Source: Candidatus Heimdallarchaeota archaeon B3_Heim (lineage in GTDB: Archaea > Asgardarchaeota > Heimdallarchaeia > Hodarchaeales > Hodarchaeaceae). From it: a stretch of 32,000 nt of DNA. The translations under genes and the position numbers were made by a program. Shown here in pieces: positions 1-9,636 of this stretch (position 1 is its first letter; the number at the start of each line of letters is the position of its first letter). The stretch lies in assembly GCA_003144275.1 (NCBI GenBank), contig NJBF01000003.1, forward strand, positions 60,001-92,000, in the 5' to 3' direction. The notes under the pieces were generated by a model. The model had not been told where the DNA came from and made no database searches. It saw only the letters and a list, made by a program, of their open reading frames with translations.

Positions 1-2163
1 GGTTAATGTAATATTAACTGTTGAATTATCAGCAATCTTAAGCGTAATATTAGAACCTAAAGGCAAACGGATTTTTTGATAAAGGAGATGCGAAATTACG
101 CCATTAGTTTTGTTACCATTTGTCTGAGCGAGATATTCAAATGGTCTTAAATCAGAAATTTGATCTAATGGAGGTTCACTAAAATACTGATATTTATAAG
201 GATCAACGCCAAAAGCATAACTAGACACTCCCTCAATTTCAGTCCTTATCTCTTGAATAAATGAAGAACGTGCAACTGTTTGAAAATTTTCTATTTGGTC
301 TGTGGTATTTGTGGAAAGGAGTTCTGCATCTTTTGTTTCAGCTACTAAGTCAATGCCACCCCATTGGCTTTCATAATAGGCAGGTACACCAGATACAACA
401 GCAGCACTAACTAATCCGACAACGATAATGAATGCTAATGCCATAGCGGATGTCATGATCGTGAATAATGATTTTTGAAATTCTCGGGCAATATTCCTTG
501 TCGAGATTGTACGGGTTATGAAACTAAATCCGATCAAAACTTTCATTGCTATTCGTGGAAGGAATACAAGTATCCCCACCTCTAGTAAAACTGTTCCGAC
601 AAAAATCATAAGTACAGCAAGAAAATGAATAGATAATATCTCAAAATCAAGAAAGCGTGAGGGGCCAACATAGTACTGCAGCATGAACCCTACCAAGGAA
701 AGAAGAATTCCAGTACCAATGGTATACTTCCAGGAATTGGTTAGACCAAATGATGAACTACCTCGCATTCGTGAATGAATATTCTGGACAACGGGCATAG
801 AAATTGCTAAAAAGATAGGATAGAGGCCTGAAATTAATGCAACTAATACTCCCGACATATATGTGACAATAATTGAGGTAGTATGAATTGAAAGTTGTTG
901 AATCTCAAGTCCTACATAATAATTATCCATGACACCAACTAAAGCCATAGACAGAGCAATTCCAATCCCCACACCTATAGTACAGCCAATAGCTGAATAA
1001 ATTAGAATTTCGAATGCCACAGATTCAATCAACTGGTAGGGTTTTCCTCCTACCGCTCTTACGATTCCGAATTCTTTTGATCTATCACGAATAGAGATTG
1101 CTAAAACATTTGTGATAAATAAAAACTCCACTACAAATGAAGCCATAATAACTAGATTCATAGCAGTTTGATAAGCACGTATACCAGACGCTTCTATATC
1201 AGAAATATCTTTTTCTGAGAAAACATAATAATTTATCCCTGCGGTGTCTTTAACATTTTCACTTATTGATTTAATATCAAGTATACTAGTGACTTCTATA
1301 TCAATTTCACTTGATAACGCAGTTATAGTATGGTTTTCATGAACGATATTATACAGAAGATCTAAATCAACAAGTATGAATGCAAAACCGATTTTGTTCC
1401 CAAAAAACGGTTCATCACTCATCACTCCTCCGAGTTTTACCTCTTGGGATTTATACTCTGATCCTAAATCATCTAAATTAACGATGTCACCAATCGCAAG
1501 ACCCCCCTGATCATGTAGAGTCTCTGAAATAATTATGTTATTGCCTATTAAACTGCGTTTTCCTTGAGTAATATTAATTCGTCGGAAATCAGGGTGTGTT
1601 GTTGAGTTAATGCCATAGATTAGTATATTGCTCTTCTTTACAGTCCCCCCAAATAGGGTTTCCACACTTGCATAAAAGACAGGACTTGCTCTCACCACAC
1701 CTGGAACTTCTCTGATCTTTCCTGCCATTTGTGTCATTGTAGACAGATTTTGCCACTTAATTGGATGTACTGTGACATCTGTGTAATTTTGATTTCGATG
1801 ATCAAACACAAAATCATCATAAAGCGTATCAACAGAAACCACAATTCCTGTTTCAAGAGCAACAGTCAGAATAATTCCAAGTACTAACAAAGCAGTTCTA
1901 TATTTAGATCTAGTGACATTTCTTCTTGCTAATATCCAGGATAGCTTGACTCCTGTTCCCCTTTGTCTGATACCTTTCCTCCATGAGTAATTTGAGAGTT
2001 TTTTTGTCTGCAGATGTATGACATGTTGTGTGCGAGTTTTGAATGACTTTAGTTCGGACTGTAATTTACGTGATTTTAATGATTCAATCAACAGTCTTCC
2101 TTTGTGTAAACTTTTCTTCAAATAGCGTTTTCTTGAGTACTTATCCTCAGAAAAGTCCTTCAT
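1..2163 (-). CDS. FtsX/MacB-type ABC transporter permease, 3'-partial (runs off the window)
   Basis: Not in the ORF track. Manual translation from ATG at 2163 (GAGGG upstream) gives MKDFSEDK...KLSWILARRNVTRSKYRTALLVLGIILTVALETGIVVSVD..., then the FtsX signature SKEFGIVRAVGG (~1040-1080) and a second repeat (TRNIAREFQKSLFTIMTSAMALAFII). The frame is open in every segment I translated, including positions 60-1. Confidence 0.88.
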   Translation of the reverse strand, partial: MKDFSEDKYSRKRYLKKSLHKGRLLIESLKSRKLQSELKSFKTRTQHVIHLQTKKLSNYSWRKGIRQRGTGVKLSWILARRNVTRSKYRTALLVLGIILTVALETGIVVSVDTLYDDFVFDHRNQNYTDVTVHPIKWQNLSTMTQMAGKIREVPGVVRASPVFYASVETLFGGTVKKSNILIYGINSTTHPDFRRINITQGKRSLIGNNIIISETLHDQGGLAIGDIVNLDDLGSEYKSQEVKLGGVMSDEPFFGNKIGFAFILVDLDLLYNIVHENHTITALSSEIDIEVTSILDIKSISENVKDTAGINYYVFSEKDISDIEASGIRAYQTAMNLVIMASFVVEFLFITNVLAISIRDRSKEFGIVRAVGGKPYQLIESVAFEILIYSAIGCTIGVGIGIALSMALVGVMDNYYVGLEIQQLSIHTTSIIVTYMSGVLVALISGLYPIFLAISMPVVQNIHSRMRGSSSFGLTNSWKYTIGTGILLSLVGFMLQYYVGPSRFLDFEILSIHFLAVLMIFVGTVLLEVGILVFLPRIAMKVLIGFSFITRTISTRNIAREFQKSLFTIMTSAMALAFIIVVGLVSAAVVSGVPAYYESQWGGIDLVAETKDAELLSTNTTDQIENFQTVARSSFIQEIRTEIEGVSSYAFGVDPYKYQYFSEPPLDQISDLRPFEYLAQTNGNKTNGVISHLLYQKIRLPLGSNITLKIADNSTVNITLT

Positions 2164-2939
2164 TTGTTATATACCCTCAAGTCTTATCTCAGAGAAATGT
2201 AAAAATTCGGTTATTAAAAACTGATGACGACTGCACAACAACCCCAAAAGATCATGAGTTTTATAAGATTGCTGTGTCGGAATTCGTTTTATTTCCGTTC
2301 TCAAAGGAAAAGCCACCTTAGCTTCAATATTATCACACGATTTCAAGTTTTCATGATGAATAGAGACTTTTTACTTTCAAATTCCCCTTAATAAACTTTT
2401 TATGCCAATAAATCATTATTAAAAATCGTGATCTCTCTTGACCAACCAATCAACAGCTGGACCAGTTCAAATCGAAAGAATACAGGTGTCTAAGATGCGA
2501 AGTATCAATATTAAGTTGTGGGAACCTGCTAGTCATCCTCAATGGGGAATGACACGGGCTACAATCGAAATATCCTAACAGTATTTCTGCGATGTATCGT
2601 CGTGGATCAAATTTGATCATGACTATATTTGTCAGACAACGCAGGAAAACCGCGTCTGGACAGGATGAGTCACACATCCGCTATCCGGAAAAAACCAATT
2701 CAACTCATGAATTCGTTTTCGAGGGACTCCTTGTTCCTATGGAGTTGGCATTCTCTCTTGATTCCTCGCATTTCTGCACCCACTGGTCTTACCTCCCTCG
2801 CCTCTGACGGGTAACTCGTCTAACGTAGTTACGAGGGAGATATTCCAGAAGTCTTGAGCTCTATTCTGTTCATCACCTCCGATTCTTAAGGATTTGAGGG
2901 GAGGAGGCCTTTTAAGATTTTCAGAGAGAGAGTGAGGTG

Positions 2940-2979
2940 AAAATGAGAAGATATATTTGTCGGACAAATTTGATCATGT
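2940..2979. repeat. Copy 1 of a 40-bp dispersed repeat containing palindrome ATTTGTC-N-GACAAAT (2955-2969)
   Basis: aaaatgagaagatatatttgtcggacaaatttgatcatgt matches 18011-18050 at 35/40 positions by manual alignment. Confidence 0.8.
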
Positions 2980-3277
2980 TTGTCTATAATTAGGTACAAT
3001 TTTTTCGACAGTTAACACCTAGATCCAAGCGATTTATTACAATAGCACCTTTATCAAGAATGAAGCCTTATTTAGGGGTCTTCCATGAAGAATGATTGGA
3101 AAAACATGTCAAAATTATTAAGTTTCATCGGAGTAGAACATTATTCCCACTATCATACTTTACAAAGATGGAGAGATCTTCAAAAATTTTAACTAATACA
3201 AAATGTAAAGAGTTATATACAAAATGTAAAGTATTTATTACATATGTATTTGTAAATAACGACTAAAGGGAAAAAAG

Positions 3278-3673
3278 ATGAAACTTAACCTGCAACAGAT
3301 CCTATTATACCTTTTTTTATCTGTACTTACTATAGAATACTTAGGAGTGTTATCTTGGTGGCTTATAGATATCGATTCAGACATTGCTTTTGTATTTATC
3401 TTCGAATTTGTCCTAATATTCTTTGGTACACTCGCCTTCATAACATTTAAACGGAAAAGAGGAACACCTCAAACTGATGAGAGAATTGAAAAGTTTAACG
3501 AGCGATCAATCATGGTTGGTGGAATTGCAGGCCTTTTGATGTTACTACAAGTTACCGTAGTGGAGATTATTACAGGGCTAAATTTCAGGGCAATTGACAT
3601 TCTTTTTATCGTGGGAATGACATTTTTTGCAACAATTGCAGCTGCCAATTTTGTTCAGACCAGATTTGGGTGA
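3278..3673 (+). CDS. Membrane protein, DUF2178-like
   Basis: About 4 hydrophobic segments; DERIEKFNERS motif; lies upstream of an XRE HTH gene, the usual context for this family. Confidence 0.7.
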   Translation: MKLNLQQILLYLFLSVLTIEYLGVLSWWLIDIDSDIAFVFIFEFVLIFFGTLAFITFKRKRGTPQTDERIEKFNERSIMVGGIAGLLMLLQVTVVEIITGLNFRAIDILFIVGMTFFATIAAANFVQTRFG

Positions 3674-3767
3674 GCCGAACGAAAACCCATCTTACATATT
3701 CCTCGAAATAGTCTTCACATTTTGAATTAATTATTCCAATGATTCTTGAACGATAAGGTGAATAGAA

Positions 3768-4172
3768 ATGAAATTAACACTAGGTCAAATAACGTCGATA
3801 ATTTTCCCATCAATACTTCTAATAGAATTCTTAGCAATCACAATTTTAGCTGTTTTATCAACATCAGACTCTTTTATTTCTTTATATGGTGCTATTTTTG
3901 TGTTAGCTATCCCCTTTGGTATTATATTAGCATTTGTACAAATATCTAATGTAAAAAAAGGGGAGATACAAAATGATGAGAGAATTGAAAGATATATTGA
4001 ACGATCAGTTATGATAGGGGGAATTGCAGGCATCTTCTTACTGCTACAACTGGCTTTAATAGAGATCGTGATTGGGATAACTTTCTCAACTCTTAATACG
4101 TTTATTTATGTTTATCTAGTATTTTCTACTGCGTTATATATTGCTTATATTATTCAAACAAAAACTAGGTGA
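3768..4172 (+). CDS. Membrane protein, DUF2178-like (tandem paralog of 3278-3673)
   Basis: MKLTLGQI vs MKLNLQQI; NDERIERYIERSVMIGGIAG vs TDERIEKFNERSIMVGGIAG; preceded by AAGGTGA. Confidence 0.72.
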   Translation: MKLTLGQITSIIFPSILLIEFLAITILAVLSTSDSFISLYGAIFVLAIPFGIILAFVQISNVKKGEIQNDERIERYIERSVMIGGIAGIFLLLQLALIEIVIGITFSTLNTFIYVYLVFSTALYIAYIIQTKTR

Positions 4173-4384
4173 CAATAACGAAAAACCGAGTAAAAGAACT
4201 CCGTGCTAGATATGATATGACACAAGAAGATCTTGCAAGAAAATTAAACATTACCAGACAGACAATCATAGCTATAGAAAGGGAAAAATACAATCCCTCC
4301 CTTATCCTTGCCTTTAAAATCGCGAGATTGTTCAAGTGTAAAATTGAAGAAATATTCATTTTTGACGAGTTACAAAATAATTAG
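4169..4384 (+). CDS. XRE/Cro-C1 family helix-turn-helix transcriptional regulator
   Basis: NRVKELRARYDMTQEDLARKLNITRQTIIAIEREKYNPSLILAFKIARLF is a classic HTH_3; the GTG start overlaps the upstream stop (GTGA). Confidence 0.95.
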   Translation: MTITKNRVKELRARYDMTQEDLARKLNITRQTIIAIEREKYNPSLILAFKIARLFKCKIEEIFIFDELQNN

Positions 4385-4520
4385 CTATAACAAGATGATT
4401 ATCAATATAAGAGATTCTCTCCTTTATTAGTAAACATTAGAATAGTGGCAATGAAGATATGTTCAGGATTACTGAGAACAAGTAAATTCAAATTTCAGTA
4501 AGTTAGACGGGTATGGATAT

Positions 4521-5311
4521 GTGAAAGAAAGGCAAGTTATTATTGATGTAAAAGAATTAGTAAAGAATTATGGTACATTCCCTGTATTCGATAGAATATC
4601 ATTGACAATCAACAAAGGGTCTTGTACGGGCCTAATGGATCGGGGAAGACCACTTTGTTCAAGTGCTTACTTGGGTTTACTGAAGTAACATATGGCCAAA
4701 TTTCTTTTTTTGGAGATGAAACATGCAGAGAAGGTCTTGTAAGACACAAGAGTTTACACACTTGTAGGAAGCGTATTGGTTACGTTCCAGAAGAGAATGT
4801 CTTTTACGAACATTTATCTCCAAAAGAATACCTCCAGATGGTTGCTTCAGTCATTCAAATACCAACGGATGTTCAAACCATTCGAGTAGACGCATTGATA
4901 AGTGCATTTAAATTGGAACGTTGGGCGGAGCAGATGATAACCACCTTATCTGAAGGAAATAGACAACGTTTATCCATCGCTGCTGCCTTTGTCCAAGGAC
5001 CTGAACTTCTACTTCTGGATGAACCTCTTAACGGACTTGATCCTGGTGGAAGACATTACTGTTTTAATTTACTCTCACAATTCACGGATAAAGGTGTACC
5101 TGAGCTCGCTATTACTTCTCTAGGAACTATTCTTATCAGCAGTCATTTACTTAGTGATATAGAGCGTATTTGTACAGATGTTATTATATTGAACCATGAT
5201 TGTCAAGTAGTAGCTCGTGGTTCGCTCTCTGAGGTACGCAATAGACTAACCGAGGATGCAAACCTTGAGGATGTTTACCTCGCTGTAGTTGAAGGTTGGG
5301 AGGAAGAATAA
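4521..5311 (+). pseudogene. ABC transporter ATP-binding protein, frameshifted just before Walker A
   Basis: The GTG-4521 frame encodes VKERQVIIDVKELVKNYGTFPVFDRISLTINKG. A different frame (4622) then gives LYGPNGSGKTT, LSEGNRQR, LLLLDEP and SSH. Residues normally lying between INKG and Walker A are missing. Confidence 0.8.
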
Positions 5312-6105
5312 TTGGAAACAACGAGGAGTTTGATTGAAAAAATTTATTGTTTGAGTCGTTTTCGAATAAAAATTGGTATTAAAAGACATTCTCCCATTAT
5401 CTTAACAATTGGAATATTATTTTTTTTGTTTCAGGAGGTCTGTTAATAAAAAAACAACCTGTAAAGTTGTTTTCACAGCTTACTTCAACCTGAATAGGTT
5501 TTTAAGATTTCGCTCCTCAATAAGATATGCCAAAAAACATAAAGCTAACCCTACAAGACAGAATATTAAGGAGAGTATGACAAATTAATCTGAAACAAGA
5601 TTTAATGGAAGAACAGAAATTCATCCATATTTTAAAAGAATGGGATGTTAAAATTAGGAACGAAATCAGCAACCGATTTATCTTTGCATACATTATCATC
5701 AGTGTTCTTCTACTTACTCACCATAATCCTCTAGTAGGTTTAGTGTTATTGATTTTTCCTCCTATAGCTCTTATGTTCAGAGAAATTGTTATTTTACTCA
5801 TAGTAATCGAGAAAAAAGTATACAATTCGATATTAGTGGTAATTCTCAGAGGAATATTGATGGGAATGTTGGTAATTTGGGTATACCACATAATTCCTGA
5901 TCTTACCCTCTTCAACATTCAACAATTACCCCTTAACGCGACAGTTGTAACTCTACCACTCCTATCCAATATTACCGGTATGTTGATACTTTACATACTA
6001 ATGATTCTAGTTTTGGGTCTAATGCAGCTAGGAATTAAACTTCTATCCAAGAATCAACCGCAGGCTTTTTACACTGGCACAGGACTTATATCGGTTATTA
6101 CTTAA
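5312..6105 (+). pseudogene. Fragmented ABC exporter permease (pieces 5312-5446 and 5605-6105)
   Basis: A TTG ORF directly after the ATPase stop ends after one hydrophobic helix (44 aa). A second hydrophobic ORF (166 aa) follows. The identity is inferred from context. Confidence 0.45.
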
Positions 6106-6243
6106 CTTAATGGCTGTACTCACTCGTGCTGGAGGACATTAAACCGATTCTTTAAGGTATACTTATATCTAACGCTTTCATTCTCAGAGAAACTAGTGGA
6201 AATGACGTGTTTTTTATTCCAATCAATATAATAATCAGTGGTA

Positions 6244-6895
6244 CTATAAGTAGTTTCGGTTATGGCATGCTAGCCTCCATCGTGTGGGATGTAATCCATC
6301 AGTCTCTATCCTGTCAGCTGTAAATGCGTTCAGGAGTGCTTTTTTTAGAATATTATACTCCCCATTCACATCAGCATTAATAAGGGTACCTTCGTGGGAT
6401 TGGAATTACCCGCGAGTAATTCGTTTACCTAGATAGTTGTCGTGGTGTTCGATGGAGTCACCATCCAAGAAAGAACACTTGCTAGAATAGTTTTCCTCTT
6501 GTTTAACGACCGTGATTCCCTGTTCTTTCGATTTAAAGACCAATTGGTGAATTAGCTTGTCGTATGGAATGGTGACAAAATTCTGAGTATTCCTTTTCCC
6601 GAGGTGACAGATTTGTTTCCAATCGGGATTGTACCTGATAACCATGGTTCCAATATCATGAACTACACAATATTCAATGATTTTTTGACTAATTCTGTGG
6701 AAATAGTCATTAATTTTTTTTATTGCGTTTGTTGGTTAATTGTTGCATTGTTTTACCTGTTTTGATTCCATGACGGTCATAGGTGGATTGAAGTCGGACT
6801 CGTGCTTTGTTATAGTATTGATTAATGGATTTTACAACCCCACCTTTAACAACAAACGGTTTTAGACCGTTGTTATTGACCGCAATTATGAGATT
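6244..6895 (-). pseudogene. tnpB: IS200/IS605-family TnpB (RNA-guided endonuclease) remnant
   Basis: Manual translation: NLIIAVNNNGLKPFVVKGGVVKSINQYYNK...KRN [+1 shift in A8 run ~6714-6721] KKINDYFHRIS...VIRYNPDWKQ...EENYSSKCSFLD...GKRITRG*FQSHEGTLINADVNGEYNILKK...DGLHPTRWRL. There is an in-frame TAA at 6406-6408, and the N-terminus including the RuvC-I DLG motif is lost. Confidence 0.92.
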
Positions 6896-7244
6896 GATAG
6901 ATAAAAGGAACTTAATGCAGCTCTTACCATGATTGATACTCTGCTATCTTCCCTCGAAAATGCCCTGGACGAATTCACCAAATTGTAAGGCAATCAGATG
7001 GTTTGACGTTAAAACTGACTGGGAAAACTTATCTGGAGGAATCGAGAATCGGTATAAAAAAGGCTATCACTGTGCAAGAGGGGGTTGATTTAAGAGTAGA
7101 GTATAATAATATTTACATTTTCAAAAAGAACATCAGTTTGAGTGTCACTATTCCATTAACTTTGAACTGGGGTTATATGAAGAGTTTTGGAATATTGTGA
7201 ATTTATTCTACATCGCAGAAGTTTAAATATACCTTTTTCTATAC

Positions 7245-7748
7245 ATGACTTTGAAGAAAATGATATCTAATTATAAGCGTCAAATTCGACAATTTAAGCT
7301 CTGGCAATTCATGGATAAATCGTTAGCTGTTCAGGACACTCTCTCTCAGTCTGAAATTCTTCTATTTTCGCAAGAACATAATCTTGGGTCAAAGAAAACC
7401 ATATTGTCCTTATTAAAAGAGTTTATTGACAATAGAATGATTCAAGAATTAGAACTCCCTCCAAATGGCCCTGGAAGGCCTCGCAAAGCGTATGTGCTTC
7501 CTCCAAGAAAAGAAGACGAGACAATTCTTATTAATCTTGGCTATTTACCAGTCCCTCTATGTGATTTCATCCAAGAACAGAGTACCACTCTAAAGCTAGG
7601 AAAAAGTGAGGTAATTAACCAACTACTAACTTGGGGTTATTTACAATTCCAATATGGATTGTATATTGAGAACCAAACTCCCAAAGAGCGATTACCTCCT
7701 CATCTTAAATCGCAGGAAATCAAGCGTGATTCGCTAAGATCAATATAA
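7245..7748 (+). CDS. Winged-helix DNA-binding protein, possibly with a C-terminal ribbon-helix-helix-like segment
   Basis: SKKTILSLLKEFIDNRMIQELELPPNGPGRPRKAY is a wHTH recognition helix plus GRPRK wing. Confidence 0.65.
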   Translation: MTLKKMISNYKRQIRQFKLWQFMDKSLAVQDTLSQSEILLFSQEHNLGSKKTILSLLKEFIDNRMIQELELPPNGPGRPRKAYVLPPRKEDETILINLGYLPVPLCDFIQEQSTTLKLGKSEVINQLLTWGYLQFQYGLYIENQTPKERLPPHLKSQEIKRDSLRSI

Positions 7749-7757
7749 TGAACTTCT

Positions 7758-9035
7758 ATGATTCTTCCCTCTCTCAAGATGTTTTTAGGAACCGACAGAC
7801 TTTCCCCTCCTGCTCAAGGATTGGTTCACAGATTTATCTTATTGGCTAGCTTACAAACAGGCTTGTACTTGATTTCGAGCACCTTTTATGTTCTATTTGT
7901 CCTTGAATACGTAGGGTTTATGACTTTAGGAGCCCTTCTTGCTGTTTCTATTCTTTTACAAGCTATTCTTGACTAACCAAGTGGAGTTATAGGAGACTGG
8001 ATTTTAGTAATTTCGTACGTAAGTTATGGATTGTCTTATGGATTATTAGTCCAAGTGAATTCTTCCACTGATCTTCTCCCAGTATATGTTCTAGTAGCTT
8101 TCGCAAGTTCTCAAGAGTCAGGAGCCCTTCAATCATGGTTTGATAACAATTATAAAGTCGTAGTTAATGAAATAGACTCAGATCAGAAACTCTATCAAGA
8201 ATTTCTTGGAAAACAACAATCAATTGTGGCATTTGTCGGAGTAAATGCGATTATTCTCGGAGGATTAATCGTCACGATCTTTTTTCGAGAAATTTTTTTT
8301 CTCATCCAATCGATTGGGATGTTCGTCATTGCAGGCCTTTGTTTTATCTTTATTGATAATTTTCCTGGAGTTCCTAAGGTAGAGAAGTCTTATCGGAATT
8401 ATATTAATCTAGCTAAAGAAGGAATAAGGTTTACATTTTTCACCAAATACATGGTCTTTCTTGTCATTAGTATTTGTTTATGGAATATAACCTGGCAAAT
8501 ATGGGTGAAAATGATTCTTTTCCCTATTTACTTTGGTTATACGGGGTCAGATGCAGGAACGGGAATTCTTCGTTTCATTGGTTGGATTGGTAACAGTATT
8601 TTAGCAGCAAAGGCAGCAATATGGAGTAAGAATTTTAATTTCCGAAGATGGGGTCCTCGTCTCAATTTAATTATAATTATTTCCTTTTTTGGATTTTTTA
8701 CGATATTAGTCATGCTCTATCCACTAGAGAATCCTTTTAATGTAATACCTATTATTCTATTGTTGTGTTACGTCTTTATTTTCCTTGGCCTCAATAATCT
8801 ATTCCTTATATTACGTCAACGACTCATTTTTGATTTAGTCCCAGATTCTATCAGAAATTCTGTCTATAGTCTTCTTCCCACCTTGACTCTATTGGTAGGG
8901 GTACCATTTCTATTTTTTTCAGGCGATATCATCGAAAGTTATGGATTTCCAGTAATGCTAATTCTTCTTATGATAATTGGAGTTATCTCCTCAGGCTCAA
9001 TGTACCTTTCTATAAGCTCTTTGTCTACAAAGTAG
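7758..9035 (+). pseudogene. MFS transporter interrupted by an in-frame ochre stop (7974-7976)
   Basis: ORFs 7758-7976 and 8031-9035 share one frame: ...QAILD*PSGVIGDWI..., where D-Y-P is expected. Multiple TM helices follow, and the MFS motif A region after GDWI looks shortened. Confidence 0.85.
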
Positions 9036-9040
9036 AATAA

Positions 9041-9244
9041 CAGGGTCTTAACATAAACCTCCCAGGAGCGCCCTTTTGGAATGTACTCTTTGTATTGGAG
9101 TACTAAAGCAGATTTTAGCACGAAATTCATCGTATTGATACTGATACAGAACTATTAACTGCGGAATCGTGATAGAAACCCCTTATTTCTTTTGGTACCA
9201 TTGATATTAGCAAGACAGCCAATATGACAGATGACATCCCTGTA
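9041..9244 (-). mobile_element. Solo right-end remnant of the IS701-like family present at 15850-17152
   Basis: The reverse complement of 9126-9175 matches 17018-17067 at 49/50 nt. It ends in the TIR variant cagggtcttaaca (9041-9053), versus cagggttttaaca in the full element. Confidence 0.9.
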
Positions 9245-9636
9245 CTAACCGTTTCTCTGTCACAGAATTCAAACAGAAAATTATCATGTTTAAAAATAGT
9301 ACAATCCTTCTGTTCATCCTAAATTTTAGCTCCAAGCATTAAATAAAATTTTCTTAGCGTTTTAAAATTATTTGACTTTATAAAAACTATTCCGGCCATA
9401 TACAACCCTTCCAACAGTAAAGGTACTGAAAATATAGTCCTATTGGAGTTTGATTTGTTAATATATTTGAGTCTTTTTGTACTACTTATGGCTAAGAACC
9501 ATTTTTAGTTCCTTCAACAATATCATCCATTGAAAGAGTCTATTCCCTCTCATATTTTACAATATATACCAACCTAGAAAATGCTACTAGATGAATTAAA
9601 TTCGTCAAATCACCGTTTGTTTTTAAAGCCATCTTT

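Noticed and set aside
2641-2940. RNase P RNA, SRP RNA, tRNA or group II intron
   Set aside because: The RNase P GAGGAAAGUCC, SRP helix-8, full cloverleaf and intron domain V signatures were not found on either strand; kept only as an unnamed structured candidate.
2043-2967. ORF-track ORFs 2043-2321, 2450-2677, 2592-2807, 2629-2814, 2737-2967
   Set aside because: The first is antisense to the permease N-terminus; the others are short, mutually overlapping and have no recognisable motifs.
4600-4630. Programmed frameshift in the ABC ATPase
   Set aside because: There is no canonical slippery heptamer, and residues appear to be missing before Walker A, which fits a deletion.
7003-7200. 65-aa ORF between the tnpB remnant and the wHTH gene
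   Set aside because: No motif or convincing RBS; cannot be supported.
8939-9130. 63-aa minus-strand ORF
   Set aside because: It is an off-frame read through the IS remnant and antisense to the MFS end.
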